Part shown: piece after piece, positions 17,146 through 25,828 of the stretch
How positions within the stretch are numbered: the first letter of the stretch is position 1
Layout of the letters: the number at the start of each line of letters is the position of its first letter
The notes under the pieces: generated by a model
Seen by the model: the letters and a program-made list of their open reading frames with translations, nothing else
Database searches by the model: none
Told to the model about the DNA's origin: nothing
IMG/VR virus record: IMGVR_UViG_3300046313_000435
Coordinates: 1-51,616 of that record
DNA from: a virus
Taxonomy: Duplodnaviria; Caudoviricetes
Length of the DNA stretch: 51,616 bases
Strand: one strand, 5' to 3'
Position numbers and translations under genes: made by a program

Positions 17146-17531
17146 CTCAAATCCCCTTTTGTCTCGCTGGTGATGTCAATGCCGTCCAAGGTCAGCGAGT
17201 CGTAACCTTGGGGGCATGGTGAATGAACTGTATCTAATGAAGTCCGTGAGGCAATGAACGCCTCTAGTGCGCTTAGGCTGTAACGCTTACACGTTCCAAT
17301 TCTGATGCAAGATATCTCTCCATCGTTAACCAAAGACCATAGCGTTCGCTCTGAGATGCTCAACAATCGAGCCGCATCCCTGCTACAAACCAGCAGCCGG
17401 TCATCAAATGATGTCGGTATCGCCGCACCCTGGGCATTGTTGCCGTCGGATTTGTTCGAGGTACTTTTCTTCATCGCTTGGATCTCCCATCTTGGTAAAC
17501 TCAATAAGCCCCTCGACCAAAACACTCGCAA
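17142..17531 (-). CDS. excisionase-like HTH_17 protein
   Basis: LLVCSRDAARLLSISERTLWSLVNDGEISCIRIG...YS...LEAFI; start probably MKKSTS. Confidence 0.8.
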   Translation of the reverse strand: MRVFWSRGLLSLPRWEIQAMKKSTSNKSDGNNAQGAAIPTSFDDRLLVCSRDAARLLSISERTLWSLVNDGEISCIRIGTCKRYSLSALEAFIASRTSLDTVHSPCPQGYDSLTLDGIDITSETKGDLR

Positions 17532-17838
17532 GAAACGCGCTCAGGCTTTGCCCTTTCATTCTGGCCCGAGTCTCATAGGTGGTCGGAAACCATCCAAAGT
17601 CGCAAAGCCTCGACTCGATTGCAAAGGCAATGTCATGCTCGTCTAGTACAACGTTGCCGCTCTTTGCAGCTATGACAACATTGCCGCTCTTCGTAGCGTC
17701 CCTCGACAACTTACGAGCCACAACAACGTCAAGCCGATACCCAAGGTCTTCGGCTACCTTGTTCCAGTGGGCTTTGTTCTCAAAGACTTCGCCCAGTCCA
17801 GAGTCAAAAACCTTTTGCACTTCAGTCCAGTTTGTCAT
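17404..17838 (-). CDS. hypothetical protein with C-terminal CPGCG
   Basis: ATGA coupling to the coupling-protein gene; internal KSGNVV duplication. Confidence 0.6.
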   Translation of the reverse strand: MTNWTEVQKVFDSGLGEVFENKAHWNKVAEDLGYRLDVVVARKLSRDATKSGNVVIAAKSGNVVLDEHDIAFAIESRLCDFGWFPTTYETRARMKGQSLSAFLASVLVEGLIEFTKMGDPSDEEKYLEQIRRQQCPGCGDTDII

Positions 17839-19124
17839 TTCAATGCCTCAATCATTTCGCTAGTAACGTGGATACCGAGACGACCGAGATCACCGACGGT
17901 CATTCGGGGTAATACTTGATCACTATCGGGCCGCAACGTTCTCGCTGCGGGCTCCTTACTCAGGGTGACATCATCCCGAAAGCGGCAATCAAACTTGCCC
18001 GACTCATCCGGGAAGTCGAAGTAGCCCTCGATGCGGTCCTTGGCGTAGTTTGCCTTCTTCAAACACTGCCGCAATTCATCCGGCAACACGTTGGGCCGCA
18101 TCTTGACTGACTTATGCTTGTCATCAATCTGTTCAACGACCTCAACGGCCCCAAGGCAATCACTGGCAAACTTAGCGGTCTTAACGCCGTTAATCTTGAG
18201 GAACAGTTTGTAATCGGCAGCGGATAGGATTGTGTCGGTTCTTTCCTTGCCGAACCTCCCCTCCACCATCGATACTTCATGGGCGGTCAGGCAGGTGGAG
18301 ATTCCACTCTTGGCTCCGCGTACGATGTTGTGCTCGATGCAGTCCAATGGCTGCAATGTTGCAAACTCATCAATATCGAAAAGCACAACTTCCTTGCTCT
18401 GCCGTGAGAGATACCGCGTTGAGGTATAATCGAACAGGAACGCGAACACCTTATCCAACGATGCCGCGTATTCATCCGACCATTCCAATACCAATACTCC
18501 ACTTTGTATGGGAAGCGTTATTCGCTTCTTGCAGGTCATATCGATAGCAGCAAAAACACCCAACGGCCCGAACCTTGAAACGAGCGTCACCTGGGTATCT
18601 CGCTTACTATCGTTACCGCCGAACACCCCATAAGGATTACCGAGATCAGCCGCTACGCTCAAAAGAGTTTGCAATGTAGGGTTGCACGTTATCCGCACGA
18701 TGTCGGCAAGCAATGCTTTACCTGGTGCGAGCTTGTGCAACAACGCCGTGCAGTTCTCGATCATAAGCCTGCACATCGATTGAAAGAACTCGTCCTTTTG
18801 GTCTGCAATCGAAGGGCTCAATTTACTCGCAAGGAGCTGCCGCCCCGTAGCGGTGGTTATCATGCTCGCAAAATCAATCCCAACACCATCAGCGTATTTC
18901 GTGCTGACGGTGTATATCGGTGTCCCTTTCGGCGCTTTGTCGAGGTACCAGTCATACATCTCATGGGCATTGTCCAAGGTGTACACAATGGCACCACCGT
19001 TAACGTAGTCCCTACGGATACGCTTCAGCAGTGCCGACTTGCCACTTCTCGGGCTACCGAGGATGAGCACACGAAGCGGGCCATCGTTGGTGTTGAATGT
19101 GTGGTCTCCTAGTCTGATTTTCAT
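17835..19124 (-). CDS. TrwB/TraD-like type IV coupling protein (nucleotide-binding region, no TM anchor)
   Basis: LILGSPRSGKS Walker A, FDIDEFATL Walker B, RGAKSG, TAKFASDCLG, VLPDEL; in the same operon as the relaxase. Confidence 0.75.
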   Translation of the reverse strand: MKIRLGDHTFNTNDGPLRVLILGSPRSGKSALLKRIRRDYVNGGAIVYTLDNAHEMYDWYLDKAPKGTPIYTVSTKYADGVGIDFASMITTATGRQLLASKLSPSIADQKDEFFQSMCRLMIENCTALLHKLAPGKALLADIVRITCNPTLQTLLSVAADLGNPYGVFGGNDSKRDTQVTLVSRFGPLGVFAAIDMTCKKRITLPIQSGVLVLEWSDEYAASLDKVFAFLFDYTSTRYLSRQSKEVVLFDIDEFATLQPLDCIEHNIVRGAKSGISTCLTAHEVSMVEGRFGKERTDTILSAADYKLFLKINGVKTAKFASDCLGAVEVVEQIDDKHKSVKMRPNVLPDELRQCLKKANYAKDRIEGYFDFPDESGKFDCRFRDDVTLSKEPAARTLRPDSDQVLPRMTVGDLGRLGIHVTSEMIEALK

Positions 19125-19465
19125 AGCGGCCTACCTCGGATGTTCTTATACTTCGGCATGTCGCCGATGATTACACCCCACACGAGAGCGCCAAAGATTG
19201 CGGATGCAATTCCAAAGTTGCGACTTTCGTTGTGGTCGAAACCGAACCAGCTGAAGGCTAGGTAAGCTGGAACGGTAAACACCGCTGCAACAAACGTCAT
19301 GATGATCGCTCCAACAATCATCCTGAATAGCCAGTCAACGATGTATATGAAAGGGCTGATGAACAACGCCCAAAGGAATTTCAATATCATCTTTAAGACC
19401 CTTTCTTCCTTGCGACATAAATACCGCAGCCCGTAGCGAAATATGCAATGGACCAGGAAAGCCAC
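19121..19465 (-). CDS. membrane protein
   Basis: Two to three hydrophobic helices; ATGA coupling to the T4CP gene. Confidence 0.6.
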   Translation of the reverse strand: MAFLVHCIFRYGLRYLCRKEERVLKMILKFLWALFISPFIYIVDWLFRMIVGAIIMTFVAAVFTVPAYLAFSWFGFDHNESRNFGIASAIFGALVWGVIIGDMPKYKNIRGRPL

Positions 19466-19689
19466 TCCGGTGGCTCCGCTCTACCAAAGCAAAGCACTAC
19501 CGGAACCACTGCAATGAAGACTACGAACATCCCAACCTCTAGGACGACGAACGATAGTACGAGCCATCGCCACAGCGTGATTGCTGCGGACCTGCCGACC
19601 TTGTATAAGGCTTCTTTTTTCATAACGACTGACCTCTTTTTTGCTCTTGCTTCTCCCACAACTTCGGGCCGATGACCTTCACCGACCAC
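19393..19689 (-). CDS. membrane protein
   Basis: Hydrophobic helices; start probably MKKEAL, overlapping the relaxase stop. Confidence 0.55.
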   Translation of the reverse strand: MVGEGHRPEVVGEARAKKRSVVMKKEALYKVGRSAAITLWRWLVLSFVVLEVGMFVVFIAVVPVVLCFGRAEPPEWLSWSIAYFATGCGIYVARKKGS

Positions 19690-20927
19690 CCATGCTTTCT
19701 CGCCAGCATCCGTAGCTGGTCTTCTTGTTCTTCGGTCTTAATCGCCTTGCCGCGAATGATGACCTTGGTACCTTTTGGCAACGTTAACTTTGGAACCCTG
19801 GCCAACTTGAATGCCTTCTTGCCTATCGCGAGAGCGTGGTCCAATGAATCGCACTTTGTTCGTCGTATCGCTGTAATTGCTGCACGATGGCCGGTCATGG
19901 ATGTTGGTTTGCTAACGTCCTCAACGAATTGATCGAGGTTACGCACCCTGACCTTTTCCTGCCCTTGAGCTTTGACAATCGCCCAGGCTTTGACAGCCCG
20001 CACAAAAGGCTCCTTGATGAGGTCTTGATAAATGCTTTGCCAAAAGCCCCTTGGTTGTTCGAGCTTCTGGGCCTGGCCGTCGTTGGCAAAAACCTTTGCC
20101 CACTTCTTTGATTCTTCGCGAATGTCGAGATTCTTTTGCTTCTTTGGTCGCGTATTCTTCAGGGCGTAGGCCAACGTCTTACCCTTTTTCGGCAGCTTCC
20201 TGCCCTTCTTAACCTCCTGTTCCTTGATGTACTCTATTGCCTTTTCTTTCCGCGCCGTTCGATTAAACTTATTCGTGATGCCCTTGGCGATTGCCTGCTC
20301 TGACTTATCATCGAAGTCCATTGCAAAGCCCGTAGCCTTTTCAAGGCTGCCGCAAAGGTCGATTTGCGTGATGCGATTGTCAGCCTTGATGTTGTGAAAC
20401 GCGGGCCGAGCGTCCAACGTTCTTATCTGCTGTGTCTCTTTAACGATACACTTGTCAGCTATGAATACATGGACGTGGTACGATGCATGGCCTTCACGAG
20501 TCGAGGCGTGAACCATGCTCACAGCTAGAAGCTCGCACTCTTTCTTTACTGCACCACCTGCCCCAGTGCGGGCCGCTAATCTTTGCTCCAACCTATCAAG
20601 CAGCCTTTGCACCACTGGCTTGATGCCTTCATGCACCGCCTTTTGTTGTCCCTCCCAGGACATCATCGCCATGGCTTTGGATACCGAGGGCGATAGAAGA
20701 ATTGTGGCCTCAAGGAAAGCCATCTTGTTTAGCTGAGCCGTCTTCGATATTGGCTCGCCATTGGGCATAAGCCCTTTCGAATACTGAATGATGTGAAATG
20801 GATCGGTAAAATCGATGCCTAGTTTGTCGGTGCCATCGGTGCCGAAAATGCCAAGCTGCAAAGCCTCTTTGATGACTTCTTTTTCTCGGAGGTATTTGCC
20901 ATCGTTGTGGTTGTTGAGCTTGAGCAC
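19620..20927 (-). CDS. TrwC/MOBF-like HUH relaxase (no helicase domain)
   Basis: N-terminal Tyr (KYL), EATILLSPSVS (cf. DxTFSAPKSVS), HASTREGHASYHVH (cf. HxTSRxxDPxLHTH), RTLDAR, TRPKK. Confidence 0.75.
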   Translation of the reverse strand: MLKLNNHNDGKYLREKEVIKEALQLGIFGTDGTDKLGIDFTDPFHIIQYSKGLMPNGEPISKTAQLNKMAFLEATILLSPSVSKAMAMMSWEGQQKAVHEGIKPVVQRLLDRLEQRLAARTGAGGAVKKECELLAVSMVHASTREGHASYHVHVFIADKCIVKETQQIRTLDARPAFHNIKADNRITQIDLCGSLEKATGFAMDFDDKSEQAIAKGITNKFNRTARKEKAIEYIKEQEVKKGRKLPKKGKTLAYALKNTRPKKQKNLDIREESKKWAKVFANDGQAQKLEQPRGFWQSIYQDLIKEPFVRAVKAWAIVKAQGQEKVRVRNLDQFVEDVSKPTSMTGHRAAITAIRRTKCDSLDHALAIGKKAFKLARVPKLTLPKGTKVIIRGKAIKTEEQEDQLRMLARKHGWSVKVIGPKLWEKQEQKRGQSL

Positions 20928-20960
20928 GGCATAGGGCTTTCAGGGTGGAAGAACGAAAAA

Positions 20961-21070
20961 GGGGACTCCGTTCCCCAAGAACAATCAACGTGTCGAACTT
21001 TCGAGCACGTTTCGCACGTATGCCGAAACTGGCATACCAGCAACACTGGCGAGCCCCCCAAGCCTTTCGC
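20961..21070. other. oriT-like cluster of inverted repeats upstream of the relaxase
   Basis: GGGGA/TCCCC, AACGTGTCGA/TCGAGCACGTT, GTATGCC/GGCATAC and CCAG/CTGG hairpins back to back. Confidence 0.4.
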
Positions 21071-21805
21071 GTAAAACCATCCGGGTATCTTGCTCATTGT
21101 TCCATTCCTGGTAACACACTAAGCAAGCAAGCTACCCACATCCTCCTAGGTGGTCTCTGTCCTACTGTCCGAATGACAATGCCCGACCGCTGCCTTGCAG
21201 TCTGACGACACGCTAAAACTGAGATGAACCTTTGGACTCCGCCCGTAGTCGCTAACAACCTCCTTTCTTTCATACGGTTGCGTTGTACACGAGACGCGCT
21301 TTACGACTCCCTAGAACCATTACGCCTGAGCGTGGGAGTCGCTCCCGAATTGATGCCGGACGTCATGCGGTAGTCATGTCGCTATTAGCAGTTACGCTAA
21401 GTGGCGAGCGAGTCACCACAAGGATTCCTCCCCGCGATACTCACCCCGCATCGTGCGGGCTTTCATCGACTCAACGAGCAAGCCACGATTACCGATCTCG
21501 CTCGTCCGATTCGCAATTTGGCACCATCTCTATCCGCATTTACCCCAATGCCTTACGCTACTCACCACCGAGCGTCACCGCTTGATGGCTCCAGTTCAGG
21601 GCAAGGTAACGCTCTAAAGGCCCTCCCTCTAAAGCGTCCCCTCGTCACGGTCCTTCCGTGATTCGTCCGACACTCCATCGTCGCAACAAAATCCTGCACG
21701 GCTTTTATTTTCCTTGCACCCGCCGGGCACCTCTCGATGCAAACGGGCGCGACCTAAGTTTATGTTGATAGTTACGCGACACCTTGAGGATCGCACATCA
21801 AGGGG

Positions 21806-22402
21806 CTAACCGTACATCTTGGAAGCGACGGCCAGGACATTATGAGCATATAACCTACCCTCCGGCCCAAGGTCTTTGATGATGCCCTTGAGGGACTTTG
21901 CTTTATTCTTTGCGAGAAGGTTATCCACCCTCCCATAACCTTGGTTGTATGCGGTCAAAGCCAGCTCTTTGTCACCCTTGTAATAGTCGATAAGGTGCCT
22001 CAAATAAGCCGCCCCGATAAAGACATTCTGCCTGTGGTCGAATGGATTGTATCGACCACCTACGTTCAATCTCGCGTGCCACTCTCTGCCCGTCCCGTCA
22101 AGCAATTGAGATAGGCCCTTGGCCCCGACCGGACTGACCGCGTTAGGATCTTTACCGCTCTCGATTCTCACAAGTGCATGCACTAGACTTCTAGGGATGC
22201 CCTGCTTATCTGCTGCCTGGTTGATAGCGGCATCGATAATTGAAGGTGGTGCTTTCGGCTTAGTCCCCCACCCTCTCAGAAGGTCATACTTCGCCTTACC
22301 CGATGGCAGTTGCCCAACTCCAGAAACTCCAGAGTTGGGCGTCAGGAAGACGAAGCCGAGTAGTCCGGCTGCTATAAGTAAGCCGACATCCTCGGAGGCC
22401 AC
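21806..22402 (-). CDS. SLT-domain lytic transglycosylase with N-terminal TM segment
   Basis: ALVRIESG...AVSPVGAKGLSQL...GAAYL...ALTAYNQG. Confidence 0.9.
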   Translation of the reverse strand: MASEDVGLLIAAGLLGFVFLTPNSGVSGVGQLPSGKAKYDLLRGWGTKPKAPPSIIDAAINQAADKQGIPRSLVHALVRIESGKDPNAVSPVGAKGLSQLLDGTGREWHARLNVGGRYNPFDHRQNVFIGAAYLRHLIDYYKGDKELALTAYNQGYGRVDNLLAKNKAKSLKGIIKDLGPEGRLYAHNVLAVASKMYG

Positions 22403-22677
22403 TATTTACCCTTCCCTTGAGCAGCAGAAGCTTTGCCGCTGCTCATTGGGTCAACGCCCATCACCTGTGATTGAAACATGATGTAGCAGGTCACGAGGCC
22501 TGAAATCATGAATACGTGAATCACCGTGGTAATTAGCCCCGATAGACTGAATATGTTGTCCTTCACTCGCGTCATCAGTGTTGGGCCATCTGACGAAAAG
22601 AGCTTCTTAGTAACTATGAAGATCAAAGCGCCTACCGCTAGGGCTCCAATCAGTTCTTGTAGTGGTATAGTTCCCAT
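22402..22677 (-). CDS. small two-TM membrane protein
   Basis: Two hydrophobic segments; translationally coupled to the SLT gene. Confidence 0.6.
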   Translation of the reverse strand: MGTIPLQELIGALAVGALIFIVTKKLFSSDGPTLMTRVKDNIFSLSGLITTVIHVFMISGLVTCYIMFQSQVMGVDPMSSGKASAAQGKGK

Positions 22678-22752
22678 AATTCTTAATCTCCAAACGTAAG
22701 GTTAGCCCACCGCGCAATTGCGGAGCAACCACGAAGTGGGCTTGTTTAGTAT

Positions 22753-23049
22753 TTACGAGCCGTTAGCCTCGTCTGCTGTTGCTGCTGGCTCTGCCTGGGG
22801 ACACCTCGAAGGCATCACATAGCAGATAATCGGCTTACCTGTCCTGTACGTTTCCTCCTTCACCTCTCTCTTGGTAACCGAACGATGCCCCACCGTGAGA
22901 TGGAACTCTCCGAGCCCGTTCTGGTCCATCAAAGCACACCCCGACGTAGTCACCATAATCAGCCCGCAAACAATCGCCAAAAGTGCGTAGTGAATGAATG
23001 TATCCTTCTCAGCTATTCTCATTTTAAAACCCTCCAAAAACCTAATCAA
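22753..23049 (-). CDS. putative lipoprotein
   Basis: Hydrophobic stretch ending in TTSG-C lipobox; start probably MRIAEK at 23022 after GGAGG. Confidence 0.55.
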   Translation of the reverse strand: MIRFLEGFKMRIAEKDTFIHYALLAIVCGLIMVTTSGCALMDQNGLGEFHLTVGHRSVTKREVKEETYRTGKPIICYVMPSRCPQAEPAATADEANGS

Positions 23050-23268
23050 TTAAACGTTAACTAAACCATCGTTGCGGAACTCTTCTTTCACCGCCCTCAA
23101 CTCCTCCATGAGAGCATCGAAAACCTGCATTGGCTTACACCCGCGAGCGTGCAGGTAATCCCAATGGATTCCCTGAAACGTATCGAGGTGCCGGCCCCAC
23201 ACGAGCATCGTTAGCTCGTTCATTCTCTTTTTCCACTCCTCAAGAGTGAGCTTGCTTCCCTTTTCCAT
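23050..23268 (-). CDS. hypothetical protein
   Basis: AAGGAGG RBS. Confidence 0.6.
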   Translation of the reverse strand: MEKGSKLTLEEWKKRMNELTMLVWGRHLDTFQGIHWDYLHARGCKPMQVFDALMEELRAVKEEFRNDGLVNV

Positions 23269-23278
23269 CGTTGCCTCC

Positions 23279-23707
23279 TTACTCGTTATTCAAAACCGCG
23301 TGACTGTAACTCTGAGAATCCCGGTCATGCGGTACCAGCTTCCAGCCCCCCACAACCGGCTTAAAGCCCTCTTTGTTCCAGGCCGGCGTATACCAATGCT
23401 CTGGCTCGTACAAGCTAACCAGGCCCACTATGCGGCCCGCAGGGGCGTATAGTGCTGGATACCTACAACCCCACTGCTCTTTCGTCACAAACGACTGAGC
23501 CTCTTTCAAGCTTTTGCCGTAGACCGCAGCCAAGAGGATGGCGGTACTGATTACCTCGTGCCGCTGCTTGTGTTCGTATGATGCGATTGCCGCTTTTTCC
23601 TGTGCAGTTAGTTTCACGTTGTCTCCTGTCGTTTGCAGTCGCTTGCTGCCTGTATATAGAGATACGTCAAAAGCATCAAAGTGCTCAAGGTATTTGTTGC
23701 AACGCAA
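23279..23707 (-). CDS. hypothetical protein
   Basis: ORF; start probably the GTG (VKLTAQ) after AGGAG. Confidence 0.55.
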   Translation of the reverse strand: MRCNKYLEHFDAFDVSLYTGSKRLQTTGDNVKLTAQEKAAIASYEHKQRHEVISTAILLAAVYGKSLKEAQSFVTKEQWGCRYPALYAPAGRIVGLVSLYEPEHWYTPAWNKEGFKPVVGGWKLVPHDRDSQSYSHAVLNNE

Positions 23708-23773
23708 AAGAATAGTTGTCAGTTAGGAGCTAACCGATTGAAATGACAATGCAATAGAAGGGGCTAACGCCGT

Positions 23774-24046
23774 TTATTTATCGGACAATTCGATGCTGAG
23801 GTAATCCCGAGCAAGAGAAAGCAGCCGCTTCCATTGGGTATTGATGTAATCGAGCTCCTTTGAAACCTTGCCCTCAACATTGTCGGGAAGAGTTGGGAGA
23901 GCAACGTATAGAGCAGCAATGAGCATGTTCACGGCGAGAACAACACGCTTAATGTCGCCCTCGTACTTTGTGACGTACTTCGGCAGCAACGAGGAAATGA
24001 GTTTGGAGATGAGCTTGTCTTTGAGTCCGCCGAAGAATGTTCCCAT
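23774..24046 (-). CDS. hypothetical protein with one hydrophobic helix
   Basis: End of the lysis region. Confidence 0.55.
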   Translation of the reverse strand: MGTFFGGLKDKLISKLISSLLPKYVTKYEGDIKRVVLAVNMLIAALYVALPTLPDNVEGKVSKELDYINTQWKRLLSLARDYLSIELSDK

Positions 24047-24058
24047 GGCTCTATAATG

Positions 24059-24283
24059 TCATTTCCAAATCGAGTGCACTAGTACCCCAGTACCCTGCCG
24101 GCACCACTCAAGAGGTCTGCCGGCCTCATCAACCTCGGGTTTTTCGCACACCTGGGAGGGGACTGTCTCCCAATACTCAATATCGTAGTCATCCGGCATC
24201 AATGAGCAGGAGCCCGCATGAAGTGTCAGGTAAATTAGCAAGAAAACTTTACTCGCCGACCACGCCATTTCTGAAAAATCCAT
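24059..24283 (-). CDS. putative small lipoprotein (spanin-like position)
   Basis: Hydrophobic N-terminus with HAGSC, further Cys residues, located in the lysis cassette. Confidence 0.4.
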   Translation of the reverse strand: MDFSEMAWSASKVFLLIYLTLHAGSCSLMPDDYDIEYWETVPSQVCEKPEVDEAGRPLEWCRQGTGVLVHSIWK

Positions 24284-25418
24284 ACCTTAGTAGTGGACTC
24301 AGGGGCCCGAAACAAGCTCCGCCCTCATGCAGTGTAATGAACTGTGACCGGTCAAAGATCTCCATCGGTGTGAGGTTGGTACCAGTCCCGCTATAGTAAC
24401 GGTTACCACCTCCATCGAACGGACCGAAGAACCTTAGCGAGCCGACGAAGCTACCGCTCGGAAAGGAATGGATACTTACCGAGTCCCCGCGATAGGGTGT
24501 TATCCAAAGAGGCTTGTTCGCTCTGATGTCACCGATGGCTTTGTCATCAGCGAATTGCTTAAATAGTCGCGGTCGTTCAATCGCCCTGCACTCTGCCGCT
24601 TCAGGAACGATAGGCAATGGCTTGAGGTACTCAAATAAAGCTCTGAGGTGTTGCAGGCTAGGTGCTGCCCTTCTTGCGCGAGGGTCCACGAACGGCCCTG
24701 ATGCGAGCCTTAGATTTAGAGTACGCGACCAGATGAACCTAGTACAGTGAACGAAGTCCTGTAGAAATAGAGGAAGGTTAATGTCCTCAACACTATCGCC
24801 GTCTAAAGACACGTTGCATGGTGGTGGCACTCTCGCATTGATTCCATGCCGCTCTAGCTTGAAGCCCTTTGATGCGTTAACACCGCCGACTGGGTTCTCT
24901 ACGATTACCGCCCAAGGGCAAGCCTGAGCGGCTACACGAGCTTGTGCGCGAAAAGCCCTCTTAGAGAGGTTGTGCTCTAGTGTTGGTGACAATTCCAGGA
25001 CGACACTCGGGAATTGGCTGAAGAGGTCGCAATACTTCCGTACTCTAGTATCAAGATGCCGCACGAGCTTAGGATCGTTTCGCTCCCAAGCACGAGAGAA
25101 CCCCTGCTTACTGTAGCCGAAGTGTGGCTCGTATCTTCCGAGCTGACCATTCCTTAACCCCGGCCCATTGAAAAAATGCGAACGCCAGGATTTCACCCGA
25201 CCAGTAGCAAGTACCGCTCTAATCGGTCGCAGAGAGGTTCCGAACGTCCAATCAAGATTACCGCCAACAAAATCCGGTGGTATTAGCTCAACAGTATCCT
25301 TCAAGGGAAACCGTGGATGTTGCAATCCGAGAAGGTCAAGTCCAACGTCTTGAGCAAATGCCGACTGCACGAATAGGAATAGAGCCCAGAGTAGCTTACG
25401 CATAAGGAAACTCCTCAC
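24249..25418 (-). CDS. secreted protein of unknown function (389 aa)
   Basis: Signal peptide MRKLLWALFLFVQSAFA; coupled to the lysozyme gene. Confidence 0.7.
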   Translation of the reverse strand: MRSFLMRKLLWALFLFVQSAFAQDVGLDLLGLQHPRFPLKDTVELIPPDFVGGNLDWTFGTSLRPIRAVLATGRVKSWRSHFFNGPGLRNGQLGRYEPHFGYSKQGFSRAWERNDPKLVRHLDTRVRKYCDLFSQFPSVVLELSPTLEHNLSKRAFRAQARVAAQACPWAVIVENPVGGVNASKGFKLERHGINARVPPPCNVSLDGDSVEDINLPLFLQDFVHCTRFIWSRTLNLRLASGPFVDPRARRAAPSLQHLRALFEYLKPLPIVPEAAECRAIERPRLFKQFADDKAIGDIRANKPLWITPYRGDSVSIHSFPSGSFVGSLRFFGPFDGGGNRYYSGTGTNLTPMEIFDRSQFITLHEGGACFGPLSPLLRYGFFRNGVVGE

Positions 25419-25827
25419 GACATATCATCGCAATGACCCGTTCAGATCTCTCGCCGACCTGCTTTGCATACGCCGACTTCCGTATGCCGGCCTCGACTCC
25501 TGCCCAATCTTCCCGGAGCCCACATCGAAGGGTATTACGGAAGGCGAGCATCCTTTGAAAGCCAAGATTGAACGCGAAGTTGACCCATCCCAGTCGCCGG
25601 TTATCGCTCCACTTCTCCCAGAGCCCTTTTCCGAAGATGGAGATGCAAGCCTTCTCCGCTGACTGAACATCTTCGGCGAGCATCTGATAGGCAGTAGTTT
25701 CAGTGATGCCGACATCAGAAAGATTTCGTCCTGCACCTATCGTGGTTTTCCCAGCAGTGCACAGATACGGCTTTAGCTTCAGTCCCTCATCTCTGACAAA
25801 CATCTTACGGACCTTTAGAGTGTCCAT
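25396..25827 (-). CDS. GH24 T4-like lysozyme (endolysin)
   Basis: DEGLKLKPYLCTAGKTTIGAGRNL...NFAFNLG...QVGERSER; start at MDTLK (25827). Confidence 0.85.
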   Translation of the reverse strand: MDTLKVRKMFVRDEGLKLKPYLCTAGKTTIGAGRNLSDVGITETTAYQMLAEDVQSAEKACISIFGKGLWEKWSDNRRLGWVNFAFNLGFQRMLAFRNTLRCGLREDWAGVEAGIRKSAYAKQVGERSERVIAMICREEFPYA

Positions 25828-25828
25828 C

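Noticed and set aside
21283-21661. Plus-strand ORFs in the gap upstream of the relaxase
   Set aside because: TTG/GTG starts without an RBS, Arg/Ser/Pro-rich composition and orientation opposite to all neighbours.
21743-21770. Lambda cos-like GGGCGCGACCT and dif-like TTATGTTGATA
   Set aside because: Short imperfect matches, far from the terminase and without a credible XerC arm; probably chance.
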